From contig CACWMG010000002.1 in assembly GCA_902761975.1 (NCBI GenBank), forward strand, positions 4,179 to 68,178: DNA of 64,000 nt, read 5' to 3'. Every line of letters starts with the position of its first letter. The stretch's first letter is position 1. A program made the translations under genes and the position numbers. Shown piece by piece: positions 55,272 through 64,000 of this stretch. The notes under the pieces were generated by a model that made no database searches, was not told where the DNA came from, and saw only the letters and a list, made by a program, of their open reading frames with translations. Source of the stretch: Candidatus Avelusimicrobium pecoris (lineage in GTDB: Bacteria > Elusimicrobiota > Elusimicrobia > Elusimicrobiales > Elusimicrobiaceae).

Positions 55272-56219
55272 CTATATTTTATTGCAAACGTCTAGAAAGG
55301 AATATTTTTCACACAATTGTTGATAAGTGCCCCAAGACGGATTGGGGCAGGGTGGTGCAACACAATAGCTTTCGTTTCCAGCACGCGCGGTACATGTGTT
55401 GTTCAAACATTGAAAAATAGAATAATAATATCCTTGGTTGCTTGCTAAAACGTTATTAGATCCATTAGAATATATATATTCCCTTCCGGAAGAGGATTGT
55501 AATGTATATGGGAAAGATCCAGCGCTATTTCCACTTAGCAAGTATAGCGTATAGTTCCCATGGGTTGGTCCGCCCGTTTGCCCTCCATTTGCTATACATA
55601 ATGGATCGTCCTTAGTTAATGCTTCGCAGTACACATTACCGGCAAAATTTTCACTATGGTTAAAGTAAATTCGGTAACGGTTGTCCAGTTTGGTACTCCC
55701 CACACTTACATATTCATGTGTATCAGTAGAGCTTAATTGTATGTCCGTGCCCTCCGGGATACTAATATCCAACTGGTCAAGTTTAGAGCTAGAGGCATAA
55801 TCGCCATTTGCCTCAAAATAAATTTCTTGAGCGTCTTTAACGGCCTTGGCTATGGGTTTTAAAGCCGCAAATCGACTCCTTAGAACCGCTTTTTGGTATT
55901 GGGGGACAGCTACCGCCGCTAAAATACCAATAATCAGCACGACGACTAAAAGCTCAATAAGGGTAAAGCCGGAACGCCCGCTATACCCCGCATACCGACC
56001 CTGCGGGGTGACGGAGCGTGCGGTAAAGCCGTGGGCTGTTGACTTCCCCCCTAGTGTGGGGGAAGTGGCACACAGTGCCGATGGGGGGTTAACCAATAAG
56101 GTTGCCTTATTTACAACCCCCTTGCCCCCTTTGAGGGTACTTTCCCCACAAGGGGGACAGATAACTACATGCTTATTTATTTGCGTGAATCCCCGCCGGG
56201 TGTTTTTGTTTTGCATCAT
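55272..56219 (-). CDS. Type IV pilin (PilE-like) with 84-aa repeat-derived leader
   Basis: G|FTLIELLVVVLIIGILAAVAVPQYQKAV; AAGGAG RBS; Cys-rich variable C-terminus. Confidence 0.93.
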   Translation of the reverse strand: MMQNKNTRRGFTQINKHVVICPPCGESTLKGGKGVVNKATLLVNPPSALCATSPTLGGKSTAHGFTARSVTPQGRYAGYSGRSGFTLIELLVVVLIIGILAAVAVPQYQKAVLRSRFAALKPIAKAVKDAQEIYFEANGDYASSSKLDQLDISIPEGTDIQLSSTDTHEYVSVGSTKLDNRYRIYFNHSENFAGNVYCEALTKDDPLCIANGGQTGGPTHGNYTLYLLSGNSAGSFPYTLQSSSGREYIYSNGSNNVLASNQGYYYSIFQCLNNTCTARAGNESYCVAPPCPNPSWGTYQQLCEKYSFLDVCNKI

Positions 56220-56510
56220 ACGTCTCCTTTTTAACGTTGGGTTGCACCCAACCTATAATTTCAATTTTTGCTGCCTTGGAAACGTACATAAAAACGGCTC
56301 CTATGCCCGAGTTCATTGAGGAAGACCCAAAGTATAACAGCCGTAGTCTGCCGTGCAAACGGCAAACATTCAGCATAACACAACTCAGGGATCAGCTTCG
56401 TCATGTTATGCTTAATTTCGGCTATTTTTGGACCTCAATGATACTTCTACAAGTACTGCGTTTCTTAAACGCTTCCAAAAACAGAATTCAAATTGTACCT
56501 ATAGTATAAT
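56220..56510 (-). ncRNA. Putative structured cis-regulatory RNA leader with promoter, copy 2
   Basis: TTGTAA-17-TATACT promoter; fold covarying with 40020-40300. Confidence 0.65.
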
Positions 56511-56544
56511 AAAAAAGGGTCCCGGTTACAAGGGACCCTTTTTT
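56511..56544 (-). terminator. Intrinsic terminator of the glc/HD-GYP operon, overlapping the pilin -35
   Basis: AAAAAAGGGTCCC..GGGACCCTTTTTT. Confidence 0.8.
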
Positions 56545-56559
56545 GAGGATATTAAAAAA

Positions 56560-57807
56560 CTACTCTTTGTCGTTCTCTATCATGCGGCGGAACGTAGCGT
56601 CATGCGCCGAGGAGTTGGCACTTTCAAAAGCGGCTTGGGTTTCGGCCGCGCCGGAGGCGGGTTGCTTTTTATTCACGGAAATGTGTGCGTATAATTTACG
56701 CACGGAGGGGTAAATTTTCTTAAAAGCGGCCACAATGCGTGGGTCAAACGACGCGCCCGACTCTTTTAAAATATATTCGTAAGCGTCCTCGGTTTTCCAC
56801 GCCTGTTTATACACGCGGAATTGACACAGCGCGTCAAACACGTCGGCCACGGTAATGATGCGGGCCTCTAACGGGATTTCTTCGCCTTTTAAGCCGTTGG
56901 GGTAGCCCTTGCCGTTCCATTTTTCGTGGTGGTATAAGCTCATTTTGTGGGCAATTTTAAGCACCTTAGAGTGCGCCCCTTCCAAAATGCGCCCGCCGTA
57001 AATGGTGTGGGATTTCATAATTTCAAATTCTTCGGGCGTGAGTTTGCCGGGCTTTAACAAAATGTTATCGGCCAGGGCCACTTTGCCAATATCGTGGAGC
57101 GGACTGGCGTTTTTGATAAGCTCAGAATCTTTGGTGCCCATGCCTAGCGCGCGTGCCAGTAGGTACGAAATAATGCTGATGTTTTTTAAGTGGGCGCGGG
57201 TGTCTTGCTGGTCGCGATATTCGGCCGTGATAGCCAGGCGGTAAATAGTTTCCAACTGGGCTACGTGAACGTCCTGGTATAGCTTTGCAATTTCAATGGA
57301 GCTACCCGCCAGGGTGGCCAGTAAGGTTAACAGGCCCTCGTCATTTTTATCAAAGGGGGCACCGTCTGCTTTGTTGACCACTTGGAAAACGCCCAGCACT
57401 TTGCCGGAGTTGTTTTTAAGCGGCACAGCCAGTAAGGTGTGGGTGCGGTAATCGGTTACCATATCCACATCTATAGAAAAACGGGGGTCTTCATACGCGT
57501 TGGGCAAGTTAATCACTTCGCCGGTGCGCGCCACGATAGAAATAATGTTGTTGCCGGCTAGCGGGACGCGGATTTCGGTATGTTCTAAGCCGCGGCCTTG
57601 GGCAATTTTGGACCACAGTTCGTTTTTTTCAATGTCTTTGAGGTAAATGGTACAGCGGCCCACATCTAACATGGCGGAAATTTGTTGGGCAATAATATCT
57701 AACAGTTTATCCAGGCGGATTTCGCCAGACGTGCGGGCCCCAAACTCCACCAAGAGTTTGAGTTTTTGTTCGGCGGTTAGCTTGTTGCTTTCGTGAAAAA
57801 TCTGCAT
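56560..57807 (-). CDS. GAF + HD-GYP phosphodiesterase (likely cyclic dinucleotide)
   Basis: GAF (NAYEDPRF, QVVNK); LHDIGK, HHEKWNGKGYP, VADVFDAL. Confidence 0.92.
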   Translation of the reverse strand: MQIFHESNKLTAEQKLKLLVEFGARTSGEIRLDKLLDIIAQQISAMLDVGRCTIYLKDIEKNELWSKIAQGRGLEHTEIRVPLAGNNIISIVARTGEVINLPNAYEDPRFSIDVDMVTDYRTHTLLAVPLKNNSGKVLGVFQVVNKADGAPFDKNDEGLLTLLATLAGSSIEIAKLYQDVHVAQLETIYRLAITAEYRDQQDTRAHLKNISIISYLLARALGMGTKDSELIKNASPLHDIGKVALADNILLKPGKLTPEEFEIMKSHTIYGGRILEGAHSKVLKIAHKMSLYHHEKWNGKGYPNGLKGEEIPLEARIITVADVFDALCQFRVYKQAWKTEDAYEYILKESGASFDPRIVAAFKKIYPSVRKLYAHISVNKKQPASGAAETQAAFESANSSAHDATFRRMIENDKE

Positions 57808-57810
57808 AAC

Positions 57811-59055
57811 TTACCCGTTTAACTTGGCGATATGGCACACCCGGGCAGTAGGATAAAACTGACGCAGTGACAACCCTAACTCCAGGGCGGCAAGCCCGCT
57901 TAATACAACCACCGTTTGCACTTGTTGGCGCGCTACGGTGCGGACCGCTTGTAAATTGTACGCATTGGCGCGGGACCCTTTTATAAACCCATATCCCGCA
58001 GGAACCACTTGCGGCTCCTTATACCCACACTCTACAAAATTTTTCTTAAAAAGGGAACGCAAAATTTGGGCGGATTTTTCTTGGGCCGAACTTTGATTGT
58101 TAAACAGGGCACTGGTCATCAGTAAAACAGGGTTGGAAATGGTTTTTAGGGCGGCCGGCTTTTTAGGCAAGTAGTCCGCAATGTAGCGGGTACAGGCGGC
58201 CAGATTTTGCGCTTTTTGCTGCCAGGTGGGGTAGCCCTCAAAGAGTTGTGGGGCTTGTGTTAAAAAATGGTAAACGTCTATGCTGTCTGTTACTAAGGGT
58301 AGTTTGGCTTTGCCCGTTTTTTGGTGGCGCGTAATCAGCGCGCGCAGTTGGCGGCGCGCGCGTGATAAATCCCCATACACAAATTCAAAAAGGCCACACG
58401 CCGTATTTTCCCACACGGCTACGCGGTGCTTTTTGGTAAGCAGTTGATAGGCGCTTTGGGCGATATCCGGTAGGAAAAACTGCGCCTCTAGCGAAGGCAA
58501 ATAAATAAACGTAGGGCGTGTTTGGTTAGACATTTTAAATGGGCGCGGGGTGCGCGCGGGGAGCAGTTTGTTAAGATGTTTGAGCCACGCAAAACCGGGT
58601 AAGTACATCAGCACCGACCACCCTTGCAAGCGGCGCATCCATAACCCCGTGTGGACTAAATAAGAAAATAAACGGGGGGCTGTGCCGCGCAAGCGCAAAA
58701 GTTTAAATAACAGGGTAGGCAATAAACGCGCTTGTAACGTGCGGCGCAGTTCTAATACGTGTTGCGCGGTAGGGATTTGCCCCGGGCAAACGGCTTGGCA
58801 ACGCCCGCATAACGTGCAAGAAGTAAGGAGTTCCAGTAGTTCGGCGCGCACTTGCCGAGGTTTTAGTTTCCCTTCTAATACGCCGCGTAAGGCCTGGTTA
58901 CGCCCGCGGGGGGAGTTACTTTCTTGCGGCGCATTTTGATAAGCCGGGCACAGTGGCGCGCACATCCCGCAACGGTTGCAAAAACAAACGCTGTCATATA
59001 AGCCGCGCTTGCCTAACGGAGTGTGCAACGTGTCAAGATGTTGGTTGTTTTTCAT
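57811..59055 (-). CDS. GlcF-like Fe-S oxidoreductase subunit
   Basis: CNRCGMCAPLCP, SPRGR, CTLCGRCQAVCP; ATGA overlap with the upstream gene. Confidence 0.8.
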   Translation of the reverse strand: MKNNQHLDTLHTPLGKRGLYDSVCFCNRCGMCAPLCPAYQNAPQESNSPRGRNQALRGVLEGKLKPRQVRAELLELLTSCTLCGRCQAVCPGQIPTAQHVLELRRTLQARLLPTLLFKLLRLRGTAPRLFSYLVHTGLWMRRLQGWSVLMYLPGFAWLKHLNKLLPARTPRPFKMSNQTRPTFIYLPSLEAQFFLPDIAQSAYQLLTKKHRVAVWENTACGLFEFVYGDLSRARRQLRALITRHQKTGKAKLPLVTDSIDVYHFLTQAPQLFEGYPTWQQKAQNLAACTRYIADYLPKKPAALKTISNPVLLMTSALFNNQSSAQEKSAQILRSLFKKNFVECGYKEPQVVPAGYGFIKGSRANAYNLQAVRTVARQQVQTVVVLSGLAALELGLSLRQFYPTARVCHIAKLNG

Positions 59056-61016
59056 ACCAGTCCTCCACCCAAAGCGCGCGTAAAGAGGGCCCAAAAATCG
59101 GTTATTTCTGCCTTGTGAAACGGATGCGGTTTTACGGTGGGTTGCTTGCGTGCAAAAACTTTAAACGTAAGTTGCGTGACTAGCCCCAGCGTCCCTTGCG
59201 ACCCGGCAAACAAACGCGTCAGCGGATATCCGGCGGCGTTCTTCATCAATTTGCCCCCGTAGCGCACGTAAGAGCCGTCCGGTAACAGGGCTTCCACCCC
59301 TAACACATGGGAATAAAATGGTGGGAGGGTGCCGCCGCAAAACAGACCGCCCAGGGTGCCTTTATCTTCGGGCAAAATAGTGTAGACACCCGCTTTTTTT
59401 AGGGCCGTATGTAACGCGCTAAGCGTTACCCCGGCTTGCGCGGTTACGGTGTAGTTGGCGGTATCAATTTCTATAATTTGGTTGAGCGTTTGCGTGCAAA
59501 GTACGGCAGGGTGCTTGGTTTTTAAATGTGTATTGCTCCCGGCAATTATAAAAGGGGTTTTAGCTTGTTGCCAGGCCAAAAGTTGCGTTTGCAAAGCTGA
59601 AATTTCCGGCGGGAGCGCAAGGGCCGGTTTGGCTTTTTCTTTAAAATTTTGCGGCACAATTTTAAGCGGGTTGGACAGGTTTTGTGGGTCTAATGTGCGT
59701 TTGATTTTTTGGAACAAAGACAAGGTGTCTTCCTCGTACTGAGTTGCCATCACGGCGCGTTTCTCTACGCCAATGCCGTGTTCGCCCGAAATAGTGCCCC
59801 CGCAAGACACGCATGTTTTTAAAATTTCATGCAAAACGTGTGCGGCCGAGCGGGTTTGGAGTTTGTTGCGTTGGTCAAATAAAATGTGCGGATGAAAATT
59901 TCCGTCCCCGGCGTGAAAAAGCAAACTGGCTTGCAACGGATAGTCTTTTAGAATTTTCTGTACGCGCGCTAAGGCAGTGGGCAGTTGGTCGCGCGGGACG
60001 GTGCCGTCCCCTACCATTACGTTGGGGGACAAGCGTGCCATGGCCGCGTACGCACTGCGCCGGCCCCGCCAGAGTTGGGCGCGTTCTTCGTCTGTTTTGG
60101 CCGACGTAAAATGCTGGGCGTGAAACTGCAAACAAACTTGTGTAAGCACGGCGGCGTCCTTTTTAGTTTGAGCGGGTGTACCGTCCAGTTCCAAAATGAG
60201 TAGCGCTTCGGCTTGGGTAGGGTAGCCGGCGTGTGCAAACCCTTCCACGGCTTGTAGGGTGGTTTTATCCATGGCTTCTATGCAACGCGGGATAACGCCG
60301 CGGGCAACCAGTGCGCTGACGGCTTGGATACTTTCGGACAGAGAAGGAAATGTTACCAAAAATGTTTGGATGTGGGTGGCAAGGGGTAAAATTTGAACGG
60401 TTAATTGCGTAATAACGCCTAGGGTGCCTTCGCTCCCGGCAAACAGACCAACAAAATCCGGCCCCGGCGTTTGGCGCGAAAGAGTCGTTTGGGTGCCGTC
60501 CGGCAGGACCACCTGCGCGCTTAATACGTGGTCCAACGTGCCCCCGTATTTTAAGCAACGCGCGCCGCTAGCGTTTTGTGCTAAATTGCCCCCTATCGTG
60601 CACGCTTGGGCACTGGCCGGGTCCGGCGCGTAAAAATAACCCAGTGGCGCCAAAGCGGCTTGTAAATCGGCCGTAATGACGCCGGGTTCTACCACGGCAA
60701 AGCCGGCTTGTGTATTGATTTCCAAAATGTTGTTTAGCGCGGTTAAATTTAAAATAACACCGCCTTTTAACGCACAACAACTGCCCGCATGATTGGTGGC
60801 ACCGGCCCGCGGTACAAACGGAATTTTATAGTGATGTAAGAGGCGCAAAACAGGGGCAACTTGCGCGGCTTTATCTAGCAGCAGGACTCCGTCCGGGCGG
60901 GTAGCTGAAAGGGAACAATCGTAACTATACAAAGAAAGAGAGAGCGCATCTGTACGGACGTGGTCCGCCCCTAACAGGGAGCTCAGTTCTTTTATAGCGT
61001 GCGGGGAAAGTTTCAT
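59052..61016 (-). CDS. FAD-linked oxidase GlcD-like, fused to a second GlcE-like FAD-binding module
   Basis: APDPAS..CTIGGN, GSEGTLG, HAGDGNFH, SGEHGIG; second module GGKLMKNAAGY..GSQGTLG. Confidence 0.85.
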   Translation of the reverse strand: MKLSPHAIKELSSLLGADHVRTDALSLSLYSYDCSLSATRPDGVLLLDKAAQVAPVLRLLHHYKIPFVPRAGATNHAGSCCALKGGVILNLTALNNILEINTQAGFAVVEPGVITADLQAALAPLGYFYAPDPASAQACTIGGNLAQNASGARCLKYGGTLDHVLSAQVVLPDGTQTTLSRQTPGPDFVGLFAGSEGTLGVITQLTVQILPLATHIQTFLVTFPSLSESIQAVSALVARGVIPRCIEAMDKTTLQAVEGFAHAGYPTQAEALLILELDGTPAQTKKDAAVLTQVCLQFHAQHFTSAKTDEERAQLWRGRRSAYAAMARLSPNVMVGDGTVPRDQLPTALARVQKILKDYPLQASLLFHAGDGNFHPHILFDQRNKLQTRSAAHVLHEILKTCVSCGGTISGEHGIGVEKRAVMATQYEEDTLSLFQKIKRTLDPQNLSNPLKIVPQNFKEKAKPALALPPEISALQTQLLAWQQAKTPFIIAGSNTHLKTKHPAVLCTQTLNQIIEIDTANYTVTAQAGVTLSALHTALKKAGVYTILPEDKGTLGGLFCGGTLPPFYSHVLGVEALLPDGSYVRYGGKLMKNAAGYPLTRLFAGSQGTLGLVTQLTFKVFARKQPTVKPHPFHKAEITDFWALFTRALGGGLV

Positions 61017-61054
61017 ATTTTGCTATACTATATTATAGTATTTAGGACGAAATT

Positions 61055-61831
61055 ATGCAGAAGACAACGCGTAAGCTTATTGCCGTAGGGGATGTGCATG
61101 GCCAGTTTGAAGGACTGGTGGCAATTTTACGCCACGCCAAACTCATTGACAGCGCGCATAATTGGTGCGCCGGAAGGGACCGACTGGTGCAAATTGGCGA
61201 TATTTTGGACCGAGGGCCGTTTTCTTTAAAAGTGGACGCGTTGTTAGATAAACTGCAAGCCCAAGCGCAAGGGGAAGGCGGGGATGTGATCCGCCTGGTA
61301 GGAAACCACGAGCTAGAGCTTATGATGGAAAATTATTTGATTTGCGAATTGCAACGCGAACAAGCTATGCAAATGCGCGAAAAACTCATTGGGCAAGTGC
61401 TGGCCAGCCAATTAAAAGCCGCGTATGCGTATAAGGGGTTTTTGTTCACACATGCCGGTGTAACACGCAAACTACTGCGCATTTTTAAATTGCAGTTAGA
61501 TGACCCCAATGCGGCTAATTTAGCTATTTTAATCAATTTAATTTTTAAAGAGTCCATTAAACACGCTTTTTTTAAGCATCCCATTTTCAACATTAGCATC
61601 AGCCGCAAAGGGCCGGACCGGTTTGGCGGTATTTTTTGGGAAGATTTGGAAGACTTAATATCCTCTTACCCGCAAGGCAGCCCTGTGTGGCAAGTGTTTG
61701 GGCATACCCCCGTGGAAACTATGGTGGTGGACCGGGTGATGAATATGATTGCCCTGGATGTGGGAATGCACCAGAAATTACAGTATTTGGAAATTAACGA
61801 ACAGGGGGTGCCTACGGTAGTTAGTTTATAG
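61055..61831 (+). CDS. Metallophosphoesterase, PPP/Shewanella-like phosphatase
   Basis: GDVHG, GDILDRG, GNHE, HAG, GHTP, LDVGM. Confidence 0.85.
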   Translation: MQKTTRKLIAVGDVHGQFEGLVAILRHAKLIDSAHNWCAGRDRLVQIGDILDRGPFSLKVDALLDKLQAQAQGEGGDVIRLVGNHELELMMENYLICELQREQAMQMREKLIGQVLASQLKAAYAYKGFLFTHAGVTRKLLRIFKLQLDDPNAANLAILINLIFKESIKHAFFKHPIFNISISRKGPDRFGGIFWEDLEDLISSYPQGSPVWQVFGHTPVETMVVDRVMNMIALDVGMHQKLQYLEINEQGVPTVVSL

Positions 61832-61883
61832 GGACGCTTATAAGTTTTGGACGAAACCGTCCAGAAATGCTATTGTATATACT

Positions 61884-62888
61884 ATGAACCTAGATACCCT
61901 GCTTAAAAAAACGGCCCGCACCTTATATTTAAGTGCCCGTATTTTGCCTACCTCTATCCGGCCGGCCTTTACGGTGGCTTACCTGCTTTGCCGTTATGCA
62001 GATACCATTGCAGATACGCATTTGTTGCCGGCACAGCGCCGGTTATACTGGGTGCAGAAGTTTCCGCAAATTGTACAAGCCGAAAAATTGGAACAGCAGG
62101 CGGTGTTGCTGAAAGAAATTACCGGATCCAGCAGTAACCCTTATGAAAAAACACTCCTTACACATTTGGAAGATTGTTTGGAAGAATTGCGGCATATTGA
62201 ACCGGATTTAAAACCGTTTATTGTGCGGGTCGTAAAAGCCGTATGCCAAGGCATGGAGCTGGATTTACAACGTTTCCCACAACAAAAAAAAGCGCCTGCG
62301 GTGCCGTTGCAAACGCGGCAAGAGTTGGAACAATACTGTCAGCTTATGGGCGGGGAACCGGGATTATTTTGGAGTGAGCTAATAGCGTACGCAAGCCCGT
62401 TACTACTGCCTAAGGAAGTATTTTTTGAGCTAGGACAGCAAATTGGAAACGCCTTGCAAATTGTAAATATACTGCGCGATTTGCCGCGCGATTTGCGCCA
62501 AGGCAGATGCTATTTTGCACGGGAAGAACTTACCAAGGTGGATTTGACGGTGGCGGATTTGCTGCTTACGAAAAATTCTATCCGTTTTGCCCCCATTAAA
62601 AAAGAAGGGATTGGTTGGGGGCGAAAAAATTTAGAACAAGCGGCCGCGTATTATGCCGCTATCCCTAAAAGCCAATGGCGTATCCGCGCCGCGGTGGCAT
62701 GGCCCATGTTGTGGACGGCAGACACGTTTTATAAACTAGCCCAAGCGCCGGATTTATTAAACCCAACACGCCGGATTAAAATTTCTAAAAAGCGTGTATA
62801 TTCCACGATGATGAAGTCGGTGCTGTTTGTGGTAAGCAACCGCTATTTTGAGAAAACCTTAATGGCCAAATTGGCCCAATTACATTAA
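61884..62888 (+). CDS. Squalene/phytoene synthase family protein
   Basis: YLLCRYADTIAD, ALQIVNILRD..DLRQGRCY. Confidence 0.85.
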   Translation: MNLDTLLKKTARTLYLSARILPTSIRPAFTVAYLLCRYADTIADTHLLPAQRRLYWVQKFPQIVQAEKLEQQAVLLKEITGSSSNPYEKTLLTHLEDCLEELRHIEPDLKPFIVRVVKAVCQGMELDLQRFPQQKKAPAVPLQTRQELEQYCQLMGGEPGLFWSELIAYASPLLLPKEVFFELGQQIGNALQIVNILRDLPRDLRQGRCYFAREELTKVDLTVADLLLTKNSIRFAPIKKEGIGWGRKNLEQAAAYYAAIPKSQWRIRAAVAWPMLWTADTFYKLAQAPDLLNPTRRIKISKKRVYSTMMKSVLFVVSNRYFEKTLMAKLAQLH

Positions 62889-62930
62889 AATCAACTTGTG
62901 TGTTAGCCCCTCACTATGAAAGGAGCCTGT

Positions 62931-64000
62931 ATGGATTTATTTTATAAATATCTTTCTTTTTTAAATGACCAATGTTTAGGGTACGTGTTAGTGGCCGGTT
63001 TAATCCTGTGCGGAGTGTATTTTACGCTTGCTACCCGCGGAGTGCAGTTTGTCCATCCCAAGGAAATGTTACGGCTTATGCTAGGTGGCAACGAAAAACG
63101 CGAAAAGGGCCATATTTCCCCTTTCCAAGCGTTTGCCATTAGCACGGCTTCGCGCGTGGGGACGGGCAACATTGCCGGTGTAGCGCTGGCCATTACCGTG
63201 GGTGGGCCGGGGGCTATTTTTTGGATGTGGCTCATTGCGATGTTCGGCGCGGCCTCGGCTTTTGCTGAGAGTACCTTGGCACAAATTTATAAAGTAAAAA
63301 CCGGCAAAAACTTCCGCGGCGGTCCGGCCTATTATATCCGCACGGCACTACATAACAAACCCTTATCTGTTGCCTTTGCTCTTAGCCTGATTTTGACGTT
63401 TGGATTTGTGTTTAATTCCGTCCAGGCAAATACCATTGCGCAAGCTTTCCAAACTACGTTTCAGGTTTCCCCGTTGACAACCGGGCTTGTGTTGGCGGTG
63501 GTGGCAGCTGTTATTATTTTTGGCGGACTCAAACGGATTGCTAATTTTTCGGCTATTGTAGTACCGGCATTTGCTTTGGCGTATATTGCGATTACCCTGG
63601 TCATTATGCTCTTTAACATTACTAAAATGCCGCACGTATTGGGATTGATTATGAGTGATGCGTTCAGTTGGAATAAACTAATGGCGGGTACTTTGGGGGC
63701 TACCGTCATGATTGGGGCGCGGCGCGGGCTGTTTTCCAACGAAGCCGGTATGGGCTCGGCCCCAAACGCCGCCGCTACGGCGCACACCTCTCACCCGGTA
63801 AAACAGGGTTACGTGCAAGCCTTTAGCGTATTTGTGGATACGCTGATTATTTGTAGCTGTACAGCGTTTATTGTGCTTTTGGCCGATTACACCAAATTCC
63901 CGGGGTTGGAAGGCATTGCCCTGACGCAGGCCGCCCTAACCACACAGCTAGGCTCTTTTGGGAACTACTTTTTAACAGCCAGTGTATTGTTGTTTGCGTT
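62931..64000 (+). CDS. Alanine/glycine:cation symporter, AGCS family (3'-partial; not in ORF track)
   Basis: ISPFQAF..SRVGTGNIAGVA..GGPGAIFWMW, RGGPAYYI, RGLFSNEAGMGS; AGGAG RBS. Confidence 0.93.
   Translation, partial: MDLFYKYLSFLNDQCLGYVLVAGLILCGVYFTLATRGVQFVHPKEMLRLMLGGNEKREKGHISPFQAFAISTASRVGTGNIAGVALAITVGGPGAIFWMWLIAMFGAASAFAESTLAQIYKVKTGKNFRGGPAYYIRTALHNKPLSVAFALSLILTFGFVFNSVQANTIAQAFQTTFQVSPLTTGLVLAVVAAVIIFGGLKRIANFSAIVVPAFALAYIAITLVIMLFNITKMPHVLGLIMSDAFSWNKLMAGTLGATVMIGARRGLFSNEAGMGSAPNAAATAHTSHPVKQGYVQAFSVFVDTLIICSCTAFIVLLADYTKFPGLEGIALTQAALTTQLGSFGNYFLTASVLLFA

Noticed and set aside
62889-62930. Glycine riboswitch before the AGCS symporter
   Set aside because: The spacer is only 42 nt with no aptamer motifs

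Overview
Bacterial chromosomal window spanning the replication origin: parB-parA, four parS-like palindromes, dnaA-oriC-dnaN-dciA-gyrB-gyrA. It also holds a mannose-type PTS/lepA/folD operon, serS, an oxygen-detoxification cluster, an F1Fo ATP synthase operon interrupted by a heptose epimerase, glmU-prs-rplY-pth, dapA-asd-dapB-murC, five tRNAs with tuf-rpmG-secE-nusG-rplKA, and a glcD/glcF/HD-GYP operon. Gene content and the pilin type suggest a diderm anaerobe, probably Elusimicrobiota (inference, not searched). The most unusual signals are non-coding. (1) Two solitary type IV pilin genes each sit behind a homologous ~280-nt promoter plus multi-branched RNA leader whose helices covary between copies; a truncated third copy lies at ~7.2 kb. 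(2) Both prepilin leader peptides are inflated to 70 and 84 aa by in-frame palindromic REP-like elements; the first pilin's elements also occur intergenically. (3) Six copies of a ~190-240-nt dispersed element share a covarying rod plus 3' hairpin, with head-to-tail junctions. No transposase, integrase or CRISPR is present. All alignments and folds were done by eye.
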